Shown here in pieces: positions 54,701-58,958 of a DNA stretch of 58,958 bases (the stretch's first letter is position 1; each line of letters starts with the position of its first letter). Source of the DNA: a virus. Lineage: Duplodnaviria; Caudoviricetes. Position numbers and translations under genes: made by a program. The stretch is from positions 1 through 58,958 of IMG/VR virus record IMGVR_UViG_3300032322_001673; one strand, 5' to 3'. The notes beneath the pieces are model-generated. The model saw only the letters and a program-made list of their open reading frames with translations. It searched no databases and was not told where the DNA came from.

Positions 54701-57558
54701 TGTGCACCTGTTGAAACAACTGAAGATAAGTTAACTGCTGTTAGAAGATAAGTTTGTCCTGTAGTAATAGCACTTATATTAGTCCCTGAACTTTGTGTTG
54801 CAGTTAACGTACTTGTAGGTACGGTAAACGCACCCGTATAAACTTGTACATTATAAACTATTCTAGCGTTTGAAATATATCCATTGAGGCCAGTTGTGTC
54901 AACAAAAAATCCAGATGGGTTAGTTGCAAAGAAATTTGCACCTATATAAAGATTAAACACTGCTGCAGTGGTAAAAGGATTTACTATTGTTCCTGCCGTT
55001 ATTATCTGAGTTCCGTCTAAAAATACATCAGTTAAATTTGCACTTGCTCCGGTTCTTCTTACCCATGCTATGTGATACCAAACAGATGTGCTAGTAATTA
55101 AATTTGATGCACTTGAAGTTTGAGTCGTATTTCCCGGAGAAGTTATTGACCATACAGTAAAACCGTTACTTGTGTTTCTATATATCCAAGCACCGTTTCC
55201 ACCGCTAATATTCAATCCAAAAATACCTGCTGTTGTACCTAAATCATTAAATTTAACCCATGCTTCTGCAGTGAATCCTACATTGGTGGCTCCAAAATTT
55301 ACTGGATTAGCAGCTAATGCTGAACTAACATAATTAGTACCATCAAAATAGTATGAAATAGGTGTTCCGGTTAGAGTTGGAGTAGTTCCACTGTATATTA
55401 CAGTGTTACGTGTTAATGAATATGCATAAGAACTTGTATCAATAAAATTGTAACTTGTTATATTAATTGATGCAAGATTTGTAGCCAGTAATAATCTTGT
55501 TTGACTTGCGGTTATTGCACTTATATTAGTACCGGCACTTTGAGAAGTAGTTAGTACACTTGTAGGTGGTGTAAAAGCTCCGGTGTATACCGCAACTCCA
55601 CTAACAATTCTTAAATTAGAAATATAACCTAATAGGAACCCAGTAGTAAAACTCCAATTACCGCCGCCAGAGAAATTAGCTCCTATCCATAATGGATATT
55701 CTGCAAGAGACCAACCATCTATTGCACCGTTACTAATAACTATGGTACCATTTACATAAACATTAACAACTGTACTCACTTTAACAAAAGCAATATGGTA
55801 CCAAATTGATGTGCTAGTAAATATGTTGCCAGCAGAATCAACTTGACCACCTATGCCGCCACCTGCCTTAATGCTTAATCCATTGTTGGAAAGTCGTCTA
55901 AAAATAATTCCCTGTCCACTAGAACCAATGGGTGTAGGAATATTGAATGCTACTAAACCTCGTTCTGTACTTAAATCATCAAATTTCACCCAAAATTCAC
56001 ACGTGAAGGTTGATCCACCTGCACCTAAATTTACACCTGTTGTTGTTTCTATATATGGACCGCCATTAAAGTATAATGATACTGGATTAGCACTAAGATT
56101 GGGAATTTCAACAATTGTGTTAGTTGTTCCAACACTAGTTACTGTATTAATATAGGTACTTGTATCTATTGGATTTCCGCCTGAACCAAGTTGCACTGGA
56201 CTAGATTTACTTACTACCTCTGAATTACCTAACTGACCAGCTGTTGAATCCCCCCAAATGTATATTGAGCTATCGCTACTTCTTATAGCAGCAGTGTTTG
56301 ATGTACCTGTAGTTACTGAAGCCCAACTAGTTGCACTGAATGGAGAAACTAATGTTACAGGACTTGATCTATTAAGTGTACTATTATTTCCTAATTGACC
56401 TGCGTTATTAAGACCCCATACTAATAGTGTGCCGTCTGCACGTATTGCAGCACTATTGCTATATTTTGATGAAACTTGTGTAAAACTACTGCTGGTTACT
56501 TGCACAGGACTTGAACGTGCAATTGTAGTATTAGGTTGTCCTAACTGACCAACTGCGTTGTTGCCCCATGTCCATACTGTACCATCACTTCTTAAAGCTG
56601 ATGTATGTTGTCCGCCTGCACTTAGTTGTGTCCAACTATATATTGTTGTTGGTATTGGAGCGAAAGCACTATTAAAATTACCCCAAACATACAGATTACC
56701 TAAAACATCTATGCCTACACTGTGGTCACCTAACCCTCCTGCACTTACACTTGTCCAACTACTAGTGCCTATTTGTACAGGGCTTGATCTCCAACCGGCG
56801 TCTAATTGATCATTTAATCCTAACTGGTATAAGTTATTTAAACCCCAAGTAAACAAACTATTAGTTGAATCTATTGCTAAGTAGTATTGATTTCCTGCAG
56901 AAACTTGTATCCAACTTCTTCCACTTCTTGCAGGTATTTGAATAGGACTGCTACGACTCACTACAACAAGATTACCCATTTGACCTGCACTACCTAAGCC
57001 CCAAATAAATAATTGCCCAGTGTTTGTAATCGCAGCAGAGTTATAATAACCTGCACTAATTTGTGTATAATTACTTGCACTACCTAATTGTACAGGACTT
57101 GATCTGTTAAGTGTTGTATTATCACCTATTTGTCCTTCAGCATTTCTTCCCCATAACCAAACAGTGCCGTTAGCACGTAAGCCAATAAAATGATCGCCAC
57201 CTGTTGCAATGCTAGTCCATGATTGAAAATCTGTAAGAACTGCAGTGCTAGGTTGATTACCCCAAACAAAAAGTCTGTTTGTTGTTGTTAGTGCTGCACT
57301 ATGATCAAACCCCGCGCTTACTTGTGAAAAACTACTTGTAGAAATTTGTACAGGTAATGATTTATTTGTTGTTGTACCATCACCCACTTGGAAAACATTA
57401 TTAGTGCCCCAAGCAAAAAGTAAATTATTACTTTGTATACCAGTTGTAAAGTTGTTTAGGGCACTTACTGCGACCCAACTATTGTTGTCAACTTTTTGTG
57501 GTTCTGGTAAATTCTGAGGTAATCTGTTTCCTAAAATAACTGGTGAAAAAATTGGCAT
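33745..57558 (-). CDS. Giant (7937 aa) RCC1-repeat beta-propeller protein with 15 LamG/ConA-like domains; probable virion fibre/adhesin
   Basis: About 86 repeats SWxQVSAG..H..AI..DG.LWAWG.N..GQLG...NRSSPVQ; 15 modules with FTxExW, W(Y)H, ISNxR; no obvious signal peptide. Confidence 0.9.
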   Translation of the reverse strand: MPIFSPVILGNRLPQNLPEPQKVDNNSWVAVSALNNFTTGIQSNNLLFAWGTNNVFQVGDGTTTNKSLPVQISTSSFSQVSAGFDHSAALTTTNRLFVWGNQPSTAVLTDFQSWTSIATGGDHFIGLRANGTVWLWGRNAEGQIGDNTTLNRSSPVQLGSASNYTQISAGYYNSAAITNTGQLFIWGLGSAGQMGNLVVVSRSSPIQIPARSGRSWIQVSAGNQYYLAIDSTNSLFTWGLNNLYQLGLNDQLDAGWRSSPVQIGTSSWTSVSAGGLGDHSVGIDVLGNLYVWGNFNSAFAPIPTTIYSWTQLSAGGQHTSALRSDGTVWTWGNNAVGQLGQPNTTIARSSPVQVTSSSFTQVSSKYSNSAAIRADGTLLVWGLNNAGQLGNNSTLNRSSPVTLVSPFSATSWASVTTGTSNTAAIRSSDSSIYIWGDSTAGQLGNSEVVSKSSPVQLGSGGNPIDTSTYINTVTSVGTTNTIVEIPNLSANPVSLYFNGGPYIETTTGVNLGAGGSTFTCEFWVKFDDLSTERGLVAFNIPTPIGSSGQGIIFRRLSNNGLSIKAGGGIGGQVDSAGNIFTSTSIWYHIAFVKVSTVVNVYVNGTIVISNGAIDGWSLAEYPLWIGANFSGGGNWSFTTGFLLGYISNLRIVSGVAVYTGAFTPPTSVLTTSQSAGTNISAITASQTRLLLATNLASINITSYNFIDTSSYAYSLTRNTVIYSGTTPTLTGTPISYYFDGTNYVSSALAANPVNFGATNVGFTAEAWVKFNDLGTTAGIFGLNISGGNGAWIYRNTSNGFTVWSITSPGNTTQTSSASNLITSTSVWYHIAWVRRTGASANLTDVFLDGTQIITAGTIVNPFTTAAVFNLYIGANFFATNPSGFFVDTTGLNGYISNARIVYNVQVYTGAFTVPTSTLTATQSSGTNISAITTGQTYLLTAVNLSSVVSTGAQSWSQVDAGDRFFVAKRSDGTLWAWGLGTSGQMGISTITSRSSPIQTASGSWLTLSTGLDHVLAIRSDNTLWTWGNFNAIGLVTEVQSWTTISAGAQNTLAIKSDNTLWAWGANAQGQVGDLTVTLKNSPVNIAGSGWTSVFAGNSASFATNNNNLLYAWGFNSSGQLGDGTSINKSSPVQIGASSWTLISNGVDQTLGIDAVGRLFGWGNNTFGQNGIADVNPSYVAIAGGLALRADGTLWSWGSNPGDGTTIFRSSPVQIGTNEWASIAPIYQSTFAKAAIKTDRTLWMWGDNSNGQLGQNDTINRSSPVQVTGSWNQVSTQLSNTAALNSSNILFTWGNNSSGQLGDNTTINKSSPVLLASPFNASSWTLVSVGYSHMAALRTDSIMYTWGRNNIGQLGNSQPGVNRSNPVLLASPFNTTSWTTVSSGASHLIAIRTTDRAAFGWGAPWGNGTPPSGNNISNPVQIGTNSWSQVATHSDSSYGITTTGALWVWGTNNNGLIAQNINFANFNAASVPIQIGAATNYTRVGPASTITSNYAGLVWGPDNVGLVTTVFSSPVQVGARVTAQNYSPAQVGSSSWTTVEAASSFSVAIDLNNLLYGWGLNTSGQLGQNDTINRSSPIQLNASSWLAVAAEFDHVLAIRSDTTLWTWGNSTAIGLVTLPQSWSQVSTGFSHTLAIRSDGSLFAWGLNSSGQLGLGNAVDRNSPTLVSSSSWSQVSAGNNFSLAIDSNNRLYGWGLNTSFQTGDNFNVSKSLPTQIGYTIQDQSTFNNQIRAYGQNIERTIVPFANSVSAFCAPGLTWGMEMPYNANMAVWYDADYTMECWIYPLVLAVSPSNSTPLVLSHGLAWSTSTYWAFGVNTNGNVYFYYFNGGAVTVAQGGSCNINNWHHIAMTHTNSTGIIRLYHNGVLVATAAKVGTPQADNRFEVNIGAVQGTTFNGYVSNVRIVKGVVVYTGEFFPPTTNLTATQSAGYNISAITSGQTSLLVLTSPATILGNSWVTVSAGDTHALATRTDGSLWSWGVNNVGQAGRLNTAQSFTLITTNSSSFNSNGIRNDGILFIWGDNDQGQIGTGDILARSSPVQIGTSSWTSISTGRFHTLAIRNDGTLWAWGLGTSGQLGVNNTTNTGSPVQVTSISESWTVVSAGVTHSVGITETGKLYAWGNNTNGILGINSTINRSTPVQITTIAGSWSAVTAGYSHTAGITTTGTAYAWGLNTSGQLGNNTIINRSNPTLLATPFDVSSWTIVSAGLDFTMARLTNGLAYGWGINSNGQLGNNTSINRSNATLVSTVGLISWTTISAGGVFATAIATDSTLWAWGQNNLGQLGNGETIDRSRPTQVRSLTVTDGGTNLLPMAATSTLAVTTSIIPFANTVSALFSGIDTLNTAATSGNFIFGTGDFTIELWVYLRSVSANQNIYDQRPAGSNGPFPTIYFRLATVSITYFVNVVDAINSSTVSVNTWYHVAVVKSSTSTRMYINGTQAGSTYTDPNNYNNGANRPLLGADATNPATVFLSGYVSNVRVVRGVAVYTGNFTVPTSPLTATQSAGVNISAITAGQTSLLLLTDTNSVTLGNSWSQVGAGQSHVVARQSDGTLWAWGANASGQMGYNDAINRSSPVLVGNIPDMNRWSPVQVASSSWSQVDAGISFSSGIDSAGQLYGWGWNNNRQVGDTTTVNKFSPVVIASGSWTKVSSGASHSLAIRSDGALFGWGAGPSLNINNVTPFSWSQVSNGGRGSFTAAIRSDGSLWTWGLGTIGQLGVSDVISRSSPVLVSTSSWTSVNVGTEFVAAIRLGGNIFVWGRNSDGQLGFNDVISRSSPTQLDTNSWSSISASEFNLAAIRNNFLYVWGRNDQGQLGDGTTISKSSPVQIAGSWNSVSSAYFYTLAINSRNNLFGWGLNTSFQLGNNTTINRSSPVLITASASFTSVVGGEFNSAAIDTNNKLWLWGRDLNILIDPNSWTQVAYTDSSAMAIRSDGRLFAWGLNSSGQLGSNDAINRSSPVLVGPAQSSVSWSQISVQTSNAYAIDSIGNLYGWGQNNLGSVGDNTTINRSNPTVLFSGGTKFLGLQQAAFIDTVGINTISTAGGTIPTITRDIGSYAGYAVSFTGNGYLQVPLSGLDLFSIPASTNWTFECWIYLNSIPTGTTGAVQNQFVIASRNWNYGVTATSTWAFSVQQNASVSWRYGFTGTASGILAETPALSISTGAWTHLAFVKTSANLVRIYINGSLSTSTTDINPMSSTTGDLFIGIASNLSAASFFNGFISDLRIVSGVAVYTGIGFTVPSRPLATTQSSGANISAITGAGITAVASGFQFGMALTNTGILYMWGQNTAGQLGNNSTINRSSPIIITANGGGSFVSIAGGNSFATAVDSNGRLYAWGLNSGFQLGNTNAINRSMPVQIAPNVSWATVSAGWSHAGARDTSGRLYLWGPGAVTNLSTETFSWTQISVGEGSVAHVLAIRSDGLLYAWGSNAVGQLGDNSAVNRSSPTLVAGVFGIPGSWYGSWTNVTAGGSHSVARNSDGRIYTWGLNSSGQLGLNDTINRSNPTLVSSLTAPTNFVEQISQSTATVNAFVSFVTDNTLYPGAIALSTVSTPNSGFASTPANANLLMTGDFTIEMWFRSTNNGAVNDSLRLTGTTGWRFRTTIASPAQLEFIGSGGVPTLSIASIIAVNTWYHIAVTRSGSNMNLWVNGSVQSIAIYSGNVGDATNPLIYASGDGGGAAGANQNLNNVRIINGTALYTTALFPTGMVPYRGPFTPLFGSQTVVLALTTGNTLIAPATNTLSAGELHTALTFSDGRLFTFGSNNTGQLGDGTTINRSSPVLVGSIANSWTTVSSGLSYTIALRNNNSMWSWGQNTLYQLGDGTTLAKSSPVLISGTTSFTQLSIGANHALAISSNLNLWTWGDVNSVILTNTESPTSWTQIAPGSAHTLGIRSDGILFAWGSNTSGQLGDGTTVTKSSPVVIGNSRYTFIGAATNNSFAVRTDGTLWAWGGNTTGILGDNTTITKSSPVQVVAAGVSFVSVAGGNFHAAGIDTLGRIYAWGSGGLGQTGFNNTINRSTPLQLGTNSWISVSAGISHTVAIRNDYTLWGWGQNSVNQLGDSTSINRSSPVQVDANKKIATSWTQISSFFDHNLAVDQNFGLYTWGNSTAISLIIQPQSWAQLSAGGSHTLAIRSDGFLYAWGAGTGGQLGTNDAVNRSSPVLVGGTNSWNAVAAGSNFSLAIRSDGSLWSWGSNTSNQLGDGTSINKSSPVNIAAGNIFTKIAAGGAHGLALRDNLSVWSWGLNNVGQLGTGTTVNRTTPASFTIVANGDQVYAGASFAAIINTNLNLYTFGLNSSGQLGLGNTINRSIPTQVTTGFFGNLVQLVSLGFDHVLGKEVGSGLIFGWGNNNRGQLGINNTINRSAPVQIGSGSWVTVSAGQNWSMGLLGISGFTSNGIPYAWGLNDSNQLGDGTSINRSNPVLVTGAGTSSYTQISAGWIHGAAVQNTGLMYAWGLGNNGAIGDNLATATRSVPTLVGAPNSLNTGFNIPNRYRFPAQVAGSSYVSVSAGQSTSVVTDELGMVYAWGLGTSGQLGDNTVISKSFPVVLFPQTFTVLDVSSYAYTLTRTGTTYTTNTFPVTGAVSGYFNGNGDNIAMPVAANITALSGEYTVEAWFYLASFAPADGYQHLLLGTTFSFGIFNQRIWLTNNAVGLLNDPNPVVINTWYHYALVNSAAGNYCRIFRDGVQVASGISRDFSGSTGISRIGSNNSNGQFWFGLISNMRVVKGVAVYTGNFTVPTTVLTATQSAGTNISAITAGQTALLTYTTLGASLSNISTPFTTKAQTAGSSSFGYNSSGLYVWGLNTSGQLGNNTAVNRSSPTLVTNSGLYTQLGIPTIINNVLSWSTVSAGASHSIAKTTNEQVFAWGLNTSGQLGDNTAITKSSPVLINASSPVLLSSTVISAGRDLSFMINSANLLFAWGLNTTGQLGIYDALSRSRPVQLNLAQQLDTGTTIPTLVQRNNIFLNDLSTSNLRLTFDNDAVPISFGPFTPSSSVQLNLNKTLGQINRADGIILPATSNFNVGSFTDYTIEGWIHLVATPAGTGAIFYTMANIGQQAWSRLYVTTTSLVFEYGSGTWAWTTSISGTITGYILNTWYHAAMVKSGSTVSLYWNGSRVATNASFVITPGYGGSLYIGSNGRDWDNNGTYTRGYISNFRMLAGTALYSGTSYTIPTGNFTAITNTVFLLGSTSFTPTVPSYTQVGLGISYTMALRNDNTLWTWGLNNNGQLGDATSINKSSPVQVAFGNAQWLTIAAGLSTNAAIATGQGTRNKLFLWGMNSGNQMLFNDVVNRSSPTLVYASTPTQIPSPFLHDTSWTNVSIGLSFSIARRSDTALMGWGLNTSGQFGDNSLVNSSRSNPVFVGVNTYLDESSNGVLPSSVQGAPKFVDFSPFATNPYDTTTLGGSMQFNLVDWIQYPWNTRYDIGTNSASMEVWAYWNTFRTSISYMTLFGQNSGAFATIKIWSNLFGSDASVRYSVNDDTVRGETAIVTNTWYHLVVTITGGVVRFFVNGVLRDYVTGINYVINRQEAFIFGNEDSGYFNGYLSNFRFCNGSIPTSYQTVSSTIGATIFTPPTSPVTTTSQGATSGDVVLLCFRGITPTTNNWISANGGTTTFITSNNLLNKTGLGTTGQIADGAALTRSNPIVVGNPDRFFAPNTGILSPVLVTSGSWTNISAGNSTSSALRSDNTLWVWGLNTNGQTGDYTSTTRSPPLAIQVFNVTDSSSSNQTIYNTGLGYTTAVIPFAGAVSGQFSYFNTYLQLTSPSNLAFGSSNFTIELWLYPTSIVGNNQSTYVVLDWRPFSTQGLFPTLYGNNVGFYYFTNSGNLIAGPALNLNTWYHVAVQRQNSITRMFINGLLVGTPAADTNVYTIGTGTVNRPALGTSGFSLNDASFIGYISNFRVVNGTTAYNPGFTVPTTSLTTLANTLETNVTLLTCQSATIIDNSVYRNVTPLTVNGATTVQTLSPFTPTTFSVQFTGAGSYINTPLSLSQLNVGDFSVYSIECWFYPTSIASATTKTIIAAWNSGVGGPFSLSLNASNVLLVRTGTNASPNPVTGTTVILPNQWYHVALHKVSTTVLTLYINGLVEILTSYTWGSGYSPARQVTIGAEETGTNPFIGHVSNVRLVRNQLPYIASFPVPTSPLAATQSSGTFTNAVTAAQTALLTLNTPSNITGFSYTQTSAKNTIHGVDNTNALYGTGTNNVGQIGIASNINRSNFVQVGASGQTLNTYTTSPVQVTPGTSGYAQVWAGQSFSAARRSNGDIFVWGLNTSSQLGLGDAITRSSPVLMTNYQSFNQVLSVGYSHWAQVRVTDWIPLDVSTFATTVTKVGTGIRYNTSVTPFATAVSMLQTVNNPALTINAQTPLSFGTGDFTVEAWVYPLSINAVYSGIFDARAGAVATAWAFGLRTTSGTARVDFFTGGALTGSRSVLNSVWTHIAATRSGTTISLWVNGVLDTAFTSQSTALNAQTTLQYVGRLIDTIGYSFDGYLSNLRIVKGVAVYTGTFTVPTSPLAATQSSGTNISAITGTQTSLLLFTTEAASISWVANNKMYTQGGDGSGQLGQAGGGNRNSFVLVGNGTHINSGTLSPIQVGFGLPNSWTSVSAGTSYSYARNSLGQTYAWGLNSNAVLGFSDTIARSSPTLLGATSVLLDGSQYNNTITNNGGVSYVTNIVPFAGAVSGLFTGSNSLSVSTNVNNNLNTPSGTIEFWYYPLSYGGTIINNINTDGGLSAYFIGWSGSNLVFNISPSSGGSYNGFTVATTASFPLNTWTYFQITVQSNNSWFAGTNGAYGGLGGTGSRGYNGGTITVGNGINGYISNLRISNTALYTGSFTISTVPLTTSGGGGGNINAFTSSNIGLLLLASTTNVTGAVNYNLVSTGQSHVAVTYPNNTLYTLGLNSSGQIGDNTTVNRQSPVLIGNIFNTNTISPVLAASASWTAASAGTSYSLAINSNGTLWAWGLNSSGQLGTSDAVIRSSIVQIGTSSYTSVRAGHSTTVAIDVANRLFAWGLGTSGQVGNMTVITRSSPVFVGTSYSVITTGNITGGAINQVGMLYIWGGGTVGQFANSLAASFNRSSPTLVQGINYETKSPTILAGSWNSVSAGFSHTAARSETTLYVWGRNTEGQLGTNDALARSSPTVVGIEGLTITDASTNNYTVTNFGTVRVQNAFNLYTSSSSVFLPGNLNYLQLSYVPANFDWWSSNYTVEFWVYPTSFTGANTIIGNMTPTAGTIYWGLGLNTIGQIAFYYFNGAGNTITGTTQVGLFQWTHLALVVNGSNILLFTNGLLQSTTAIVGTPQSLNTVPLIIGGYTSTNFLNGFVSNIRIVKGTAIYTANFTPPASPLTAVANTQLLLLAASPSVGYQTVYAGTAATFAIRTNGPMFATGSNTGGEISGFMETVTKSNYSQIGNNYISVNPSSPVQIAAGSWSKVSAGNSVSAAIRSDGLLFTWGSFGTGGAIGDGTTIAKSSPVQIGNSSWTQVSVYDTHMIGLGPIGQLYTWGLNANGQLGLTNINASGDTINRSSPVLVGAALTVLDTSGNGITITANATSFTTSIVPIIGAVSGVFAGNSLNRLATASSTVFLLGTSDFTIELWFYTNSRAASSFPILITNGNFGAGKWQLNDRHNNYPTKLTFGVRSIQVDVNFLISTTTIVNNTWYHVAVVRSGSNWTMFVNGIAESTNTSAAAVGDVGAQAIYVGGDATGQTGTPYNGNISNVRIVKGVAVYTGNFTVPTSVLTATQSAGTNISAITAGQTSLLTYTTQGASISGGSPTYFSSISAGSSFTGGVTTAGALFMWGLGTSGQLGYGTAVSRSSPVQVGTSSWTSVVAGNNNSAGIRSNNTLFNWGSSNQGQLGTFWFWGVQLSSPVQLGNQYAAAGTTTRIPVKVGNILWKSVNAGNSFTTAITSNDRLFAWGINNAGQLGQNDTINRSEPSQIGVNTYLSSSTGTSNTGAIGKAT
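34340..55620 (-). repeat. Dispersed conserved LamG-tail repeat (VYTGxFTVPTxxLTATQSxGxNISAIT), 8 copies
   Basis: Copies near 34376, 38036, 43334, 47813, 50042, 51767, 54770, 55517. Confidence 0.8.
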
Positions 57559-58958
57559 TTATAAACCTAATTGTCCTGATGTATCCTGTCCCCAAGCATA
57601 AAGAATATTATTAGTATCTCTTGCTAGTGTATATTGGTTTCCTGCATTTACCTGATTCCAACTACCCGGTATTTGTGCAGGTGTTCTAGTATTTATGTCA
57701 ATATTATTACCTATTAATGTAGGACTGCTTCTAGAGAATACAAATCCTAAACCTGCTTCTCCGTGTGTATCTACTCCCCAAGTATAGAGTGTATTGTTTA
57801 GTGTTGCGAAACTGTCTTGTACACCAGCACTTATTAATCCCCAACTATTTGTACCTATTTGTGTTGGACTAGACCTATCTATGCTATTGCTTAATCCTAA
57901 TGCACCTGTATTATTACGACCCCAAGCAAATAACGAGCCATCAGATGTTTTACCTAAAACATGCCAATAACCACTTGTTACACTTACCCAACTTGACGTT
58001 GCTCCTATTTGCACTAAACTTGTTGCTCTTGCTGTAGTATTATTACCTATTTGTCCATATGTATTATCTCCCCACATATACATTGCACCAGTAGTGGTAA
58101 GTAATGCACTTTGGAATCCCCCTGCAGAAACCATACTCCAGCTTATTGTAGTATTGTTGACTGCCGGTCTACCATCTTGATTACCCCCACGCCAAGCTTC
58201 ACCTGAAGTTCCTCCGCCCGCATACGCACTTTGTCCTCCACCACTGCCACCGCCACCACCTGCAACTAAAATAGCAGTAGAAGTTGTAGCAAATTCTAGT
58301 CCGGTACCACCACCTCCACCTGCACCAGTTGTACCTTGAGTGGCAGTACCTCCCCCGGTTCCACCTTGACCTATAATCATTCTATATTGTACACCACTGT
58401 TAAAAGTAACAGTGCCGCCCCCAAAGCCGCCGCCTCCACCTACTTTTCCTGCAAAGATCGTAGTAACGCCGCCGCCTGCACCCCACATTTTTACTGATAC
58501 TGAAAAAGTTTGTGCTGCAGTGAATGTATATGTTCCGAATGTATTAACTGTAATGTCTCCGTCGGCAGCTGTCCATGTGGTTTTTGCCGAAATTGCAGGA
58601 CTTATACTTGTAAATAAATTACCTACAGGACCCGTACTCATGTTTATCCAAATTAGACCATGACCACCGGTTGTTGAAACAGTTTGATCTCCACCATTAC
58701 CTGCTGTACCTCTGAGAGGATCTGTAGAATTTCCGGGAGTATTATAACTACCAGTGGTTAGAGTTGCACTTGTGACAAAATTAGGATTCGCAAATCCACT
58801 GGCACCACCCCCGCCACCGCCAGAGCCATTACCGAAGGCACCTGCCCCACCTCCGCCACCAAACATTCCGCCACCGCCGCCGCCACCACCACCGCCGTTT
58901 GGCGAATTAAAATATCTGAATCCTGTGCCGCCATTACCAAAACCGGTACCGCCGGCAC
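57559..58958 (-). CDS. RCC1-repeat plus glycine-rich domain protein, 5' part outside window
   Basis: Frame stays open to the window edge (AGGTGFGNGG... before the track's Met); Gly-rich domain then 4 RCC1 blades ending GQLGL*. Confidence 0.85.
   Translation of the reverse strand, partial: AGGTGFGNGGTGFRYFNSPNGGGGGGGGGGMFGGGGGAGAFGNGSGGGGGGASGFANPNFVTSATLTTGSYNTPGNSTDPLRGTAGNGGDQTVSTTGGHGLIWINMSTGPVGNLFTSISPAISAKTTWTAADGDITVNTFGTYTFTAAQTFSVSVKMWGAGGGVTTIFAGKVGGGGGFGGGTVTFNSGVQYRMIIGQGGTGGGTATQGTTGAGGGGGTGLEFATTSTAILVAGGGGGSGGGQSAYAGGGTSGEAWRGGNQDGRPAVNNTTISWSMVSAGGFQSALLTTTGAMYMWGDNTYGQIGNNTTARATSLVQIGATSSWVSVTSGYWHVLGKTSDGSLFAWGRNNTGALGLSNSIDRSSPTQIGTNSWGLISAGVQDSFATLNNTLYTWGVDTHGEAGLGFVFSRSSPTLIGNNIDINTRTPAQIPGSWNQVNAGNQYTLARDTNNILYAWGQDTSGQLGL

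Noticed and set aside
33745-57558. CRISPR array or DGR template/variable repeats
   Set aside because: Repeats are degenerate in-frame protein repeats; no identical direct repeats with spacers, no adenine-specific repeat pair noticed and no reverse transcriptase in the window.
57559-57561. Genome-wide stop-codon reassignment
   Set aside because: TAA, TAG and TGA all end recognisable full-length genes here, and no suppressor tRNA is present in the window.
33836-58663. Many plus-strand ORFs within the giant genes
   Set aside because: Shadow ORFs caused by repetitive codon bias on the coding strand; no start signals or motifs.
58758-58958. 66-aa minus-strand ORF at the window end
   Set aside because: Alternative frame over the Gly-rich coding frame, which stays open to the edge.

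Overview
AT-rich fragment of a large (jumbo-type) tailed phage genome; a betaproteobacterial-like host is a tentative inference from IscU, AhpC/AhpD and the HNH protein. From left to right: the start of a minus-strand tRNA array (Ile partial, Glu, Pro, Ala, Arg) with sigma70 promoters, structured RNA spacers and an HNH gene; a leader-peptide attenuator upstream of the array; an AhpC/SGNH/AhpD redox cassette plus a peroxiredoxin paralog lacking its catalytic Cys; a modification island (5 radical SAM enzymes, methyltransferase, 3 Fe(II)/2OG-type oxygenases, QueC-like ATPase, 3 tandem desaturases, GNAT-like protein, IscU); virion genes (SleB-type hydrolase, PAAR); glutaredoxin and class Ia ribonucleotide reductase; an ADP-heptose/glycosyltransferase/methyltransferase cluster; and a 7937-aa RCC1-repeat/LamG protein preceded in frame by another RCC1/Gly-rich ORF that runs off the window. 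Two observations stand out. (1) The RCC1 blades of the giant protein parse into nested, branched propellers: 11 of them close at exactly 7 blades, and the leftover blades appear to need the upstream ORF. (2) A 40-codon leader ORF contains all 20 amino acids (33 distinct codons), and its last codons form an antiterminator, suggesting a general tRNA-depletion sensor upstream of the phage tRNA array. All calls come from manual motif reading; no database searches were run.
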